Assembly: GCA_963666285.1 (NCBI GenBank)
Contig: OY762711.1
Strand: one strand, 5' to 3'
DNA from: Sedimentisphaerales bacterium
GTDB lineage: Bacteria; Planctomycetota; Phycisphaerae; Sedimentisphaerales; SM23-30
Length of the DNA stretch: 64,000 nt
Shown here: piece after piece, positions 1 to 10,255 of the stretch
How positions within the stretch are numbered: the first letter of the stretch is position 1
Layout of the letters: every line of letters begins with the position of its first letter
Notes under the pieces: model-generated
What the model saw: only the letters and a program-made list of their open reading frames with translations
Told to the model about the DNA's origin: nothing
Databases searched by the model: none
Translations under genes and position numbers: made by a program

Positions 1-1
1 A

Positions 2-469
2 AATCATATCTTCAGGAGCGAGCTGATCAATAACCTGACCGGCACATAACTTCAACTGAAGCATAACATCGCTTAACGCCCAGCTCTGGTCAAACAAGAA
101 CGCGACATGAAGCCCCATATCACCGTAATAGCTGTGAGCCATCGAAACCAGATCCTGCTGAACAAGATTACCATCTGCATAAACCTGGACATCAGTTAAA
201 TCGACATTTCCCAGGCTCACACCACCATCAAGGGCAAAGCCAAGATAATGAATACCCTGATCCTGGTCAGGAAGATAGCAGAACTGACTGCCCTGGCCCA
301 TCGGAAGCTGAAACCCACATGCCGGATCTGTCGATGGCTGATCGATAGTCATAGCTCCATTACTATTGACCAGAGAACAGGGTAACCCCTGCAGTACAGT
401 ATCCGCATATAAAAAGTTCGCCGTTAATAACACTATCGAAAAAATGCTGATTAATTTTTGATACTTCAT
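2..469 (-). CDS. Secreted VWA-like protein, partial (runs off left edge)
   Basis: Not in the ORF track. ATG at 469 with AGGA upstream; open to the edge: MKYQKLISIFSIVLLTANFLYA (signal peptide)...LHVAFLFDQSWALS...VIDQLAPEDMI resembles the first strand and helix of a VWA domain. Confidence 0.6.
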   Translation of the reverse strand, partial: MKYQKLISIFSIVLLTANFLYADTVLQGLPCSLVNSNGAMTIDQPSTDPACGFQLPMGQGSQFCYLPDQDQGIHYLGFALDGGVSLGNVDLTDVQVYADGNLVQQDLVSMAHSYYGDMGLHVAFLFDQSWALSDVMLQLKLCAGQVIDQLAPEDMI

Positions 470-505
470 TTTTAATTCCTATATTTAATTAGTTGCCATT
501 CCCAT

Positions 506-3500
506 TTATTTTTTTACTGTTTTAGTGCTCATATAATCCTGACCACTTTCATCTTTTCCTGTCAAACTTATTTCTATTATATTATTAGGATTTTCTATTA
601 TTTTAACTTTACTGTCGTCTGTAACAACAATACTATCAGACTTATCATTAACTCTTGTAATATTAGAACTCAATATTTCTTTCCCACTCCCTTTGATATG
701 AATCTTAATCACACCACTAATAAGGTCAACATTAGCCCATTCACAAAATATGGATTTTTTATCCTTATTATATGTAGCTTCAAGAATATAAATACCAAGA
801 TTTGCGTTTACCTCGACAGACTCGTCAAGTTTATCTGTACCTGATAAGTTAGTATTATTACCTGGACTACTAGGTTTACTATCAATATCTAATAAATCAA
901 TAGATACCTTTATTTGACTCCAGCTTGAGTTCCCAAAACGATTTTTAGCTCTTACAAAATAGATGTATTCTTTGATGGGTTTTATTTTATCTAAATGATC
1001 TTTAAATTGTTTGTCATCATATTCTATTTCATTATAATCTGAAACAAGAATATTGTCTTTTTCCGGACTATAATGGCCAATTCTTCCCCACCCGATATCA
1101 TAAGAAACAGGAAAATTATCAAAAGCATCACCATATAAAACTTTAACCGAATCACCATATTCATTTAAACTTGCCGCAGGCTCAGGTTTCCCATCTTGAC
1201 TAGTACTAAGACGATGTGATAAACAAGGAATAAATTTATTTACAATGGATTTCATTAATCCATTAATTTCTTTTTCCACATCATAGGAATGTAAAGGTTC
1301 TGACTCAAATTTTTTATAACCATTTAACAATCCCTCTAACTTAACATACAATTTCACAGCTTTTTCATAATCTCCAATTTGCTCAATTCCATTGTCCTTT
1401 AAATAACTTTCTATTTTTCCATTATAAGACTCCAGGAAACCATTAACATAGTCATTATAATCAAAAGGAGAATTAAGATTTACCACAGAATTGATAGCAT
1501 CATGCAATTTACTACAACCATGAGGATCAATATCACTATCGCACAACTCTTGGATACCTCTTAAGCTATCCTTACACTTAGTATTCCAGTTTTTACAGAA
1601 TTCATTATATTTATTATCAATAACCGTGCGAAGAGAACCAAGAATACTATAAGCCAGACCAAAATCATTTCTAGAAATTTCATCATTAACCAGACTCAAT
1701 TTATCATCAATAATTTTATTTAATTCCCTTTTAAACTCTTCTTTTAACTCATTATTAAATTTCTCGCATAATTCATCGCAACGAGTAGAAAGACCTGCCT
1801 TCTCAGATTCCAATATACTTTTAATTTCTTTTACCAGAGATGTTTTTACTAAATCGTATTTTCCTAGAACATCTTTTTCTCCCATAAAAAGTAATTCTGT
1901 GCTCTGGCTATCTAGATTATCAAATAACGCAATTAAGTTGTTTGGGTCACTGTTAGAATTATTTTGAATAACATCGAGACAGGTATATATCTCCGTTTCA
2001 GTTTTTGCAGCATCAGTAATTCTCTGGTTTACAACCTCGATATTCGGTATAGATATTTCATCTCCAAACTCACATCCAGTTACAACAGTATTTATAGCTT
2101 GAGCATATTTTTTAGCTTTTTCAATAGTCATATCTTTTGCGTTAAAAGTAGTTTCGGAATCCCAAAAAACATTTACTAATTTAGAAGCATTAAAATATTC
2201 TTCTTTTGGATTATCATTTCTGATATCAAAGTCTTTTTGACCACCCCAGACAGCCTCCCACTTATTTAGCTCATTTTCCAAGGTAGTGGAAGGCTCGCTG
2301 CACAAAGAATTAATTATTATAAGAAAATTCTTAACTTCATCCCAGCTAACATTTGCAATTGATTCAGGTAATTTACTGCGACCCTCAACAGGATAAATAA
2401 AACACATTCTAAGTAAATTCTGCTGAATCATATCATATGATTGAATATAAGCATACCGCATTTCAGAAGGACAATTATTTTTTAGTGATTCAAATATTAT
2501 TTCAGAACCATCTTGACTGGAACAATTATAAAAGTTTTTTATTAAGCCACATAGATTAACAATATTATTAGCTCGATAAAATTGACTCAAACTCCGCCGA
2601 AGATCATCATATTTAATTATAGGTACAATATTACCACCTATTTCTCCGACAACATTAGAAGTAGCATCACTACCAGAAAGTTCTTCATTATTTTCACCAG
2701 TTTCGGAATCAAGATCAAGATTGCTGCCTATTTCCTGAATTCCACCCTGTGTTTGAGTACTATCATCACTTTTCTCAGTTGTGGGAGTATCACCATTGGT
2801 AACTTCGGGGGCATTGCCTTTATTCGCAAAAAGGACGAAAATCAGCACAATTGCGACCAGGCAAGTCAGCGATATGCCGCCGAGCAGGAAAAGGGGATTA
2901 AATCGTCCGGAACCGGAAGAACCACTTTCATAAGATTCTTCTGAAAAGGCTGTTGGAACAGCTGAGACATCGGTCTGGGCAATCTTTTTCTTGCTTAGAT
3001 CTCCGATTTTTCCGCCTGGCAGGGTTATAATTTTACCCGGCTTATAACCAGCAGGCATCTGTCCAAAATCACTGCTTTGTTCGACCCTGAAAATAAGACA
3101 GGTAGCATTATCAGAACCATCTCGCCGGACCGCAGTAGTAACAACATTCTCGGCAGCTGCTTGCAATAATGGCTGAGAACTGATAATCGCAGGGTAGTCT
3201 TCCGGTCCCATACACAGTGGAGGATTTTTTTCCAGGCCACCATGAACACCATCACAGCAAAGTAAGAATGTTTGCCCTGAAGCAATATCAATAGAAAACG
3301 GATCAATACGCGGGTCAACGGCACCACCGGTACCGACCATATGAGTAACCTGGTTGCCGCCTACATGCTGGACGGCCACCTCAGGGGCAACGCCCTGCTT
3401 AATGAGATCATTCAACGCCGAATGGTCCTCGGTAAGCTGGGTAGAGGAAACAGGGTCAACCTGGTAAACGCGGCCATCGCCAACATGAACAATAAGCACC

Positions 3501-3865
3501 TTATTATTAGTAACAACGGCCAGATCCGCGGTAGTTCCCATAGCGGAGACATGTTTTGCCCGAGCCATATTATATATCTGGCGGTTTAACTCAGAGACAT
3601 ACTGTTTCATTTCACAAAGCAGAATCTCCTCGGAAGAATCCCCTGTATATTGCGAAAAATGCTCAAGCAGCTGGTTGACCACAAGCTGGCTGGCCTCATC
3701 TCCGGCATGACCGCCACCCATCCCATCAGCCACGACAAAAACAGCCCTGATTGTTGATGGAACAGGTGATATCCAAACGCCCGCAGAATCCTGATTGATA
3801 GACCTCTCTTTACCTACATGCGTGGCAATACCGAAACTAAATCCAACTGTCTGTGATTCCAGCAT
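506..3865 (-). CDS. PP2C/PPM-family Ser/Thr phosphatase with TM helix and large extracytoplasmic domain (FN3-like segment near C-terminus)
   Basis: Motifs NQD, VADGMGG, HVGDGRVY, LLCCDGV, GSDNAT; TM at about aa 325-346; YIYFVRAKNRFGNSSWS is FN3-like. Confidence 0.9.
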   Translation of the reverse strand: MLESQTVGFSFGIATHVGKERSINQDSAGVWISPVPSTIRAVFVVADGMGGGHAGDEASQLVVNQLLEHFSQYTGDSSEEILLCEMKQYVSELNRQIYNMARAKHVSAMGTTADLAVVTNNKVLIVHVGDGRVYQVDPVSSTQLTEDHSALNDLIKQGVAPEVAVQHVGGNQVTHMVGTGGAVDPRIDPFSIDIASGQTFLLCCDGVHGGLEKNPPLCMGPEDYPAIISSQPLLQAAAENVVTTAVRRDGSDNATCLIFRVEQSSDFGQMPAGYKPGKIITLPGGKIGDLSKKKIAQTDVSAVPTAFSEESYESGSSGSGRFNPLFLLGGISLTCLVAIVLIFVLFANKGNAPEVTNGDTPTTEKSDDSTQTQGGIQEIGSNLDLDSETGENNEELSGSDATSNVVGEIGGNIVPIIKYDDLRRSLSQFYRANNIVNLCGLIKNFYNCSSQDGSEIIFESLKNNCPSEMRYAYIQSYDMIQQNLLRMCFIYPVEGRSKLPESIANVSWDEVKNFLIIINSLCSEPSTTLENELNKWEAVWGGQKDFDIRNDNPKEEYFNASKLVNVFWDSETTFNAKDMTIEKAKKYAQAINTVVTGCEFGDEISIPNIEVVNQRITDAAKTETEIYTCLDVIQNNSNSDPNNLIALFDNLDSQSTELLFMGEKDVLGKYDLVKTSLVKEIKSILESEKAGLSTRCDELCEKFNNELKEEFKRELNKIIDDKLSLVNDEISRNDFGLAYSILGSLRTVIDNKYNEFCKNWNTKCKDSLRGIQELCDSDIDPHGCSKLHDAINSVVNLNSPFDYNDYVNGFLESYNGKIESYLKDNGIEQIGDYEKAVKLYVKLEGLLNGYKKFESEPLHSYDVEKEINGLMKSIVNKFIPCLSHRLSTSQDGKPEPAASLNEYGDSVKVLYGDAFDNFPVSYDIGWGRIGHYSPEKDNILVSDYNEIEYDDKQFKDHLDKIKPIKEYIYFVRAKNRFGNSSWSQIKVSIDLLDIDSKPSSPGNNTNLSGTDKLDESVEVNANLGIYILEATYNKDKKSIFCEWANVDLISGVIKIHIKGSGKEILSSNITRVNDKSDSIVVTDDSKVKIIENPNNIIEISLTGKDESGQDYMSTKTVKK

Positions 3866-3900
3866 ATCATCTCCAATATTATCTCAGCCTAATATAAACC

Positions 3901-4680
3901 TTATCCATTAAAATCTGGCAAATGTTCAGGTGATTCTTGAGGTTCAATGATCATAATTTTCAGCCTGGTTTCACCTAAAACAAGATAGTCACCATCTTCC
4001 AGAACAGTCTTTTTGTTAATTCGCCCTTTTTCTTCACCTCGTTCCAAAATGGTACCATTAGCAGAGCCAAGATCAATCACGCTTACTTTCTGGGTGTCCT
4101 GATCTTCCAGAAGCATACAATGTTCACCACTCATATTGTTATCCTCAGGGAATGACAATTCGCAACTGGCATTTCTACCTATCCTGTTTCTTTTTAACGA
4201 GCCGTCCGGACCTTTCATCGCAAGAGAGAAGTTCATCCCATGATTTTTTCCGCCAAACTGGGTTAGATTTACTACCCTGCTTGGAACAGCATTGATTATC
4301 ATGGTACCTTTATTGATAGCAGGCGCGGTAAGCGGTGCCCGATTGGCCATCTCAGCAACCTTTCGATCAGCTTCTTCACGTGCCCTTGCAATCTCAGCCT
4401 GACTCTGTGCCAACTGCTGCTGCATACTAGACATCATTCGCTGACGTTCGATCTCTTCCGGAGTAGGTCCGCCCGGAACAATAATGTAAATGAAAAGTCC
4501 AATTAAACCTAATGCCGGGATAGCAACAAAGGCGGCCCAGCCGACACTTTTACCTGACCGTTTAGCGTCACTTGCAACCCAGATAGCCATGAGGATTTGA
4601 ATAATCACTGCCAACACAGCTAAGCCGATCCAAACATATAATAACGTATTGCTATTAACATTCGAGCTAGTTAAATTCAT
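3901..4680 (-). CDS. Membrane protein with coiled coil and C-terminal FHA domain
   Basis: Two N-terminal TM helices; FHA motifs RIGRN, MSGEH, DLGSANGT, LEDGDYLVLGET. Confidence 0.85.
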   Translation of the reverse strand: MNLTSSNVNSNTLLYVWIGLAVLAVIIQILMAIWVASDAKRSGKSVGWAAFVAIPALGLIGLFIYIIVPGGPTPEEIERQRMMSSMQQQLAQSQAEIARAREEADRKVAEMANRAPLTAPAINKGTMIINAVPSRVVNLTQFGGKNHGMNFSLAMKGPDGSLKRNRIGRNASCELSFPEDNNMSGEHCMLLEDQDTQKVSVIDLGSANGTILERGEEKGRINKKTVLEDGDYLVLGETRLKIMIIEPQESPEHLPDFNG

Positions 4681-4683
4681 ATT

Positions 4684-5530
4684 ATTTCCTTTCTTCGTAT
4701 TATCTACCTAAATCATTCCGATTAAATTCACTGATATTCAGAAGCAATTCTGTGCTTCCAACCCAGATACGATCACCATTTTTAAGAAATTCTTTTCCAG
4801 AAACCTGAATGCGATTATCAATTCCTCTACAAACTAAAGTAGGATTAGTAGAGGCTAAATTAAATAAACATAAATGCCCATCTTCCATACGAATTTCACA
4901 ATGCCGTTTACTAACTGAAGGGTCACCACTTATGACAACCTGGCATTCTGCGCTGCTTCCAACAACATTACGGACCGGATTGCCCTGAAAATCTTCAATA
5001 GCAATTGAATATTCACGGTGTAAATCCCTTCCGGAAACAACCACCAGACGGGCACTCCTTCGTCCAACCCCCTGAGGCTGGATAATAACCGTATGTTTTG
5101 GATTCCTATCAGAGTTATTCATACAATTTCCTTTCTTCCTTTTATCTGCCTAAATCATTTTGATTAAATTCGCTTACATACAGCTGCAATTCTGTACTTC
5201 CAACCCAGATACGATCACTGTTTTTAAGAAATTCTTTTCCAGAAACCTGGATACGATTATCTAAACCTCTACAGACAAGAGTTGGATTAGTAGAGGCAAG
5301 ATTAAACAGACATAAATGGCCATTCTCCATGCGAATCTCACAGTGCCGCTTGCTAATAGATGGATCACCACTCAAGACAACCTGACATTCTGCACTGCTT
5401 CCAATAACATTATGAACCGGATTGCCCTGGAAATCCTCGATGGAAATGGTATATTCACGATGTAAATCTCTGCCAGAAACAACAACAAGTCTGGCACTTC
5501 TAAATCCAACCCCCTGAGGCTGGATCATAA
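4684..5530. repeat. Tandem duplication (about 400 bp x2) of the FHA-coding region plus downstream RBS
   Basis: 4684-5090 and 5127-5530 share long identical tracts (cttccaacccagatacgatcac, tttaagaaattcttttccagaaacctg, tccaaccccctgaggctggat). Confidence 0.9.
4700..5122 (-). CDS. Stand-alone FHA domain protein
   Basis: VVGSS...DPSVSKRHC...NLASTNPT...LKNGDRIWVG; near-copy of the C-terminus of the neighbouring gene. Confidence 0.85.
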   Translation of the reverse strand: MNNSDRNPKHTVIIQPQGVGRRSARLVVVSGRDLHREYSIAIEDFQGNPVRNVVGSSAECQVVISGDPSVSKRHCEIRMEDGHLCLFNLASTNPTLVCRGIDNRIQVSGKEFLKNGDRIWVGSTELLLNISEFNRNDLGR

Positions 5531-6140
5531 CTGTAGCCTTTGACATATCTCCACCGGTTGTTATTGTCCTGGTTGGAGGTAACGGCGTACCGCCAGCCGG
5601 AGGAGTTAAAGGCGGCAACGGCGGTCTTTTACTCGCTCCCCCCAGATAAACCATCAGGAATACCGGAAAAATTAAAGAAAGCGCTACCAGCAAAATCACC
5701 ACAATCACATTTGCGACTAAGATATCTTCTACACTAACAGAGCGAGAATGGTAATTCACCATTGAAACAAAGATCATAAAAATGAAAACGGTTAAAATAT
5801 CGAGAGTCAGCTTCATAATACCATACACAAAGCAGAAAGTTCTACCCCATCGTTTATTCTGAGCCAAACCAATCCCACCGATCATCAATAGCAAAGGGAT
5901 TAGTAAAATTAAAGACAGAACTAACACAGATAGAGCGATCTTGTGTGTAACAGCAGCTAAAACAGAAGCCCAAATATGCGAAATTGATCCAAAAAGAGTA
6001 AAAACAATATCACCAATTTGCAACAAAATCATATTGCCAGACATTTGCCCTGCAATTAAAAGTGCGCAACCGACAAAACCAAATACACCGAAAATAATCG
6101 CTACAACACCTGCGGCTGTAGTATTCTTTTGATTATTCAT
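5142..6140 (-). CDS. Multi-TM membrane protein with Pro-rich linker and C-terminal FHA domain
   Basis: About 4-5 hydrophobic segments, PPLPPLTPP linker, FHA motifs SISKRHC and ASTNPT. Confidence 0.85.
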   Translation of the reverse strand: MNNQKNTTAAGVVAIIFGVFGFVGCALLIAGQMSGNMILLQIGDIVFTLFGSISHIWASVLAAVTHKIALSVLVLSLILLIPLLLMIGGIGLAQNKRWGRTFCFVYGIMKLTLDILTVFIFMIFVSMVNYHSRSVSVEDILVANVIVVILLVALSLIFPVFLMVYLGGASKRPPLPPLTPPAGGTPLPPTRTITTGGDMSKATVMIQPQGVGFRSARLVVVSGRDLHREYTISIEDFQGNPVHNVIGSSAECQVVLSGDPSISKRHCEIRMENGHLCLFNLASTNPTLVCRGLDNRIQVSGKEFLKNSDRIWVGSTELQLYVSEFNQNDLGR

Positions 6141-6158
6141 AACCGGTTCTCCTTTTTA

Positions 6159-8216
6159 TTATTTTTTGTAAAATTCATCAACGGTAAAGGAATATCCCTT
6201 TTGCCTTATTTGATGAAAAACATATGCCGAAGCATTTTTGTTACCAATTAAATAATAACCACAACCAAGATATTCAAGTACATCTTTTACAGAGTCTTTA
6301 TCCACTCCGGAAGGATCTTCGTTCAACCAGTTTTCATATTTCCCCAGGATAGCGATAATTTTCTGGCCACTAGAAGAATTCCTTTCCATCTCCAAAGCTT
6401 TAGCATAAAGAACCCTGTCTTCCAGTGCAAGATCCACCTGAGGTACTTTACCATAGAACATTCTTGCTTTTTCATTTTCTTTACACAAAGCAAACACCTT
6501 GGCCAACCCTTTAACTAAAGAGTCATCAGGAACGGCATTTTCAATTTGCTTTGCCAACTCTAAAGCTTCTTCCTGCTTTTCCAGATTTGCATAGACTAAA
6601 GAAAGCTCAAGATAAGCTTGCGAAGGGACCAGGTCATCACCTTTACTTTCAAATAAATCTATGTAATCTTTCAAGACATCGACAGCGCGATCATCGTTGT
6701 ATTTATTAAAATCAACCACTAAAGCTTTTCTTGTCTCCCAGGAGATATCTCTATATTTACCAATCTGCCTGATTTGGTCATAAGAATTAATATAACGTTT
6801 GAATATTTCCCAGTTTTCAGACATACTATTAAAAGACTTTACCGTATCGAAAAGCAATAAATTCAGAGCAGATCTGTATTCCTGAAAATCGCCAAGTAAT
6901 ATTTCGATTTTTTTTGCATCAACTAATTTGTCGTTTATTTTCTCTTTAAATACTTCAACCTTATTTTTCACATCCAGAATTTCTTCCAGATCCCCTACTT
7001 CTTCAATAAGTAACTTAATATTATCCGGAAACTCGTAATTAGAAATTTCAGACGCCATCTGCCTGAAAGAATTAAGATTATCTTCAAGCTCATCTATTTT
7101 GACTTTAGCGTTATTTAAATCTGCGTCACTGAAATACCCGGAAATCTTGTTACACAAAGGTTCACATTTATCAAACTCGGTTAAGGCATTATCAAACTTT
7201 CCATTTACTTCAGTAAGCACCTGCCTGACAGGCTTAACGTAATTTTCAGTAATAAAACTCTCAATATCTCCCGGCGCAACAACAAAACTATTAACAGCGC
7301 GATCACCAGCTTTTTCCAAAGCCAGCGTAATTTCTCCCCCGCCCGGATTCCTTAGCAAAGAAGAATATTCTATCACAGTGTAAGTTGACAAGGCTTTAGA
7401 AATATTGCGGCCACACCCGGACAGATCTTCCATCTTAGAAAACATCGTCCCTCCGCTGGCATTAACAAGCTGCCTATACAAACCATCTGCAGCATAGTCC
7501 TTAAGCGGATTCACCGATACCAGATTAAAATTGACAGTATATTTTTTGAAATAGTAATTTATTCGATCGTAATCAGAAACAAAGCCTCCATGATCATTTG
7601 CAGCAATCAAAACAATTGTAGTCTTTTTCTGGTCACTACCAGGAATTGCAGCAAACTTTTTCATGGCAAGTAAAATTGCATCCCCAATTGGCTGTACCGA
7701 CAATGCTAATGGTCGATCAAGTTCCTTGCAACTATCAATCTCTTTTGTCGCTTTGTCACTACTAATCCAATCATGCACAACTTTTGCCTTCAATTCCAGG
7801 TCTAAGCCGTTATGTTCAATAGTAGTAGCTACTTTTGGTGTCATGGCAATTGTAAGAACTTTATCAGAGACTTTAAGTTCGCTCAATAATTTTTTAGCAC
7901 CTTCTTTAATCTCATCGGTTTCAACTTTACCATGATTATCAAAAATGAAAATATAATTATTAGAAATCCCAACTTCTTCACGAATCTCAATTGAATCCGA
8001 GGCTATAGTTTTATTATTTTCAGATAATGAAATCTCATCACCTAAGCCTCCATTATCCTTTGCATATATAGTGATTTTCGGAAAAACGTCCTTTGATGTC
8101 TTAACCTCAACAATATCTAATGCCGGCCAAGGCTGCTTTACAATTTCAGCTCCACAACAATATGGCATAGATAAAAGAACGAGAGCTCCCCAAATCAGTT
8201 TATTTTTTATAAACAT
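6159..8216 (-). CDS. Secreted protein with degenerate VWA domain and C-terminal TPR-like helices
   Basis: Signal peptide; YIFIFDN...KKLLSELKVSDKV, IGDAILLA, TIVLIAAND, LVNASGG are VWA-like; AYLELSLVYANLEKQEEALE and YLGCGYYLIGNKNASAYVF are TPR-like. Confidence 0.6.
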   Translation of the reverse strand: MFIKNKLIWGALVLLSMPYCCGAEIVKQPWPALDIVEVKTSKDVFPKITIYAKDNGGLGDEISLSENNKTIASDSIEIREEVGISNNYIFIFDNHGKVETDEIKEGAKKLLSELKVSDKVLTIAMTPKVATTIEHNGLDLELKAKVVHDWISSDKATKEIDSCKELDRPLALSVQPIGDAILLAMKKFAAIPGSDQKKTTIVLIAANDHGGFVSDYDRINYYFKKYTVNFNLVSVNPLKDYAADGLYRQLVNASGGTMFSKMEDLSGCGRNISKALSTYTVIEYSSLLRNPGGGEITLALEKAGDRAVNSFVVAPGDIESFITENYVKPVRQVLTEVNGKFDNALTEFDKCEPLCNKISGYFSDADLNNAKVKIDELEDNLNSFRQMASEISNYEFPDNIKLLIEEVGDLEEILDVKNKVEVFKEKINDKLVDAKKIEILLGDFQEYRSALNLLLFDTVKSFNSMSENWEIFKRYINSYDQIRQIGKYRDISWETRKALVVDFNKYNDDRAVDVLKDYIDLFESKGDDLVPSQAYLELSLVYANLEKQEEALELAKQIENAVPDDSLVKGLAKVFALCKENEKARMFYGKVPQVDLALEDRVLYAKALEMERNSSSGQKIIAILGKYENWLNEDPSGVDKDSVKDVLEYLGCGYYLIGNKNASAYVFHQIRQKGYSFTVDEFYKK

Positions 8217-8258
8217 CCGACTATCCTTTCTTTTTATTTATAGTATCTCTTGACCTTT

Positions 8259-9224
8259 TTAGAAGCTACACCCGATAACTATTGATCCTATTCTGTCGAC
8301 ACCATGCTGTTCTTCAAATTCTCTAGTATAGAATGTTTGAGAATAGCCAATTTTCAAAGATTTATAATGATGCATTAAACCTACCTCAAGTGCGCCGACC
8401 AGAGGTTTCTCAGAAAGACCGGTAAGAAAACGATTATGTTCAACAGCTTTACCATTAGCCCTGACAAAAAGATAACTTGCCTTAGAATCCGAAACTTCAG
8501 AGGAGTGACCTATAGGTTTGTCGAGTCTTCCCGGTCCAAAATCATCATCAAGGTTAAATCCACAACGAAGAATAAACCCTAACTCTGCATGCCTGTGTAA
8601 AGTACCGGCAGTAAATCCGTACTCTGTCATAAAATCAATACCTTCAGGCAATTCAATAAGAGGCAATTGGCTTTTTTCTCTTACATAATAAGAAAAATCA
8701 AATGTCATCTCATCACTCAACTGATTTTCCCAGCCATAAGGTTCATTTTTATCCATAAGATCATGGACAAACTCCTGTGTATCCTCACCAAAAGCAGAAG
8801 GCCCAATAAGTCCGACATTTAATTCAGTCAATTCAATCTTTTTCGAATCTGCCCGCTGCATAAAAATACCTGAATACAACCAGCCGGCAAATTTCATATC
8901 CACATCAAACTGTCTATCCAGTTCATCAACGTAATCCGGAGTGTAAAGATTTTGTCCAACAAAAATACCTAGCCGCGAAGTATAGTCACCGTCAAAACAC
9001 CATCCGCCTAAACTACTTAATAAATCCCATTCAGGCACCATATCTGTTGTATATACTATTTTTGTGCCATTAGTATAATGCCGATCTGTTTTGCCATTTG
9101 GTTTCAAACTCTGACTATCATTGTCGGCGTATAGATCAATGACAGACTGCGAAAATAATGCATTTGCTACTAAAAATAATACTGCAACTACTAAAAACGA
9201 ACGGTTTCGGTTTACTGGACTCAT
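8259..9224 (-). CDS. Lipid A deacylase LpxR-family (DUF2219) outer-membrane beta-barrel
   Basis: DND...TDRHYTNG, GQNLYTP, FAGWLY, GLIGPSAFGEDTQ, GWENQL motifs; C-terminal Phe. Confidence 0.85.
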   Translation of the reverse strand: MSPVNRNRSFLVVAVLFLVANALFSQSVIDLYADNDSQSLKPNGKTDRHYTNGTKIVYTTDMVPEWDLLSSLGGWCFDGDYTSRLGIFVGQNLYTPDYVDELDRQFDVDMKFAGWLYSGIFMQRADSKKIELTELNVGLIGPSAFGEDTQEFVHDLMDKNEPYGWENQLSDEMTFDFSYYVREKSQLPLIELPEGIDFMTEYGFTAGTLHRHAELGFILRCGFNLDDDFGPGRLDKPIGHSSEVSDSKASYLFVRANGKAVEHNRFLTGLSEKPLVGALEVGLMHHYKSLKIGYSQTFYTREFEEQHGVDRIGSIVIGCSF

Positions 9225-10255
9225 GTTATCCCTTTCTTAAATAATATAACCTTAGAAGAACTAAAAATCCCTTTTTCTTCTCAAATCCTAATTTTCAACA
9301 ACTTGAAACTATGAAGAAATATTATATAAAAAGCTTAGTAATTATCTATTTTTTTTTCAAAAAAACAAACATCTTTTCATAATTCACATAGTAAAAGAAC
9401 AGAAATGAAAAGACAGTAATCAATATGCACAAAATTAAATTACTGGAAAACAACCGAAAAAGCACACCACTACAAGTTGTTATATTGAAACATATCTCTA
9501 ATTTAAATATTAAAGCTTAATACTAAAAACAAATTATAACTAAATAACAATTCAGCAGATCAAACAATGTTAAATTATTTTTAAAAATATATGCATATAG
9601 CACCTAATAACTTATTACACACAAACACTAAACAACCATCGACAAGCAACACAAACCCATTACAGAAACAAACTTACACGGCACGCAATAAGGAGCACAA
9701 AGGATAATAATTAATATAGACTTAACACCTACAGTTAAAATTTCTTACTCATATTACTCATATAGCACCAGCATAATATAGTAAAATTAATATGAGCAAC
9801 GATAAATCACATTAAACCAAACTATAAAGACAGCAAAAAACAAGATAAAAAACGGAACTACGCTTCTAAGCTCTAGCCTTGCTTCCTTGACATAACAGCA
9901 TTAAACTAAAACAACCTAGAGCACCTAGGTCAAAATATCAATGCAACCCAAAGACCATGGCCACTTTGCGTTACACGCAATAAACGCTAAATTACTTATC
10001 ATGTTATAATACAATCAGAACGCGTACAATAATTATCAATTATACATACAAAAAACAACATTAATTAAAAACAAGCAATTATTTTCACCACAAATAAATA
10101 TTACATAACTTTAGTTAAAAAAAGCCTTTACGCAACAGAACGCACATCATGTAAAACACTTACAAACAGATATTTTACATTTTTATAAAAAAATGCGCCG
10201 TTTTTCCGGATAGTATTACATTAAATAAATAGACAGATATTTTATTCTGGAGTTA

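Noticed and set aside
9225..10255. 1-kb AT-rich intergenic region with short repeats (ttactcata x2, catatagcacc x2)
   Set aside because: No regular repeat-spacer period, ORF or RNA motif; not a CRISPR array
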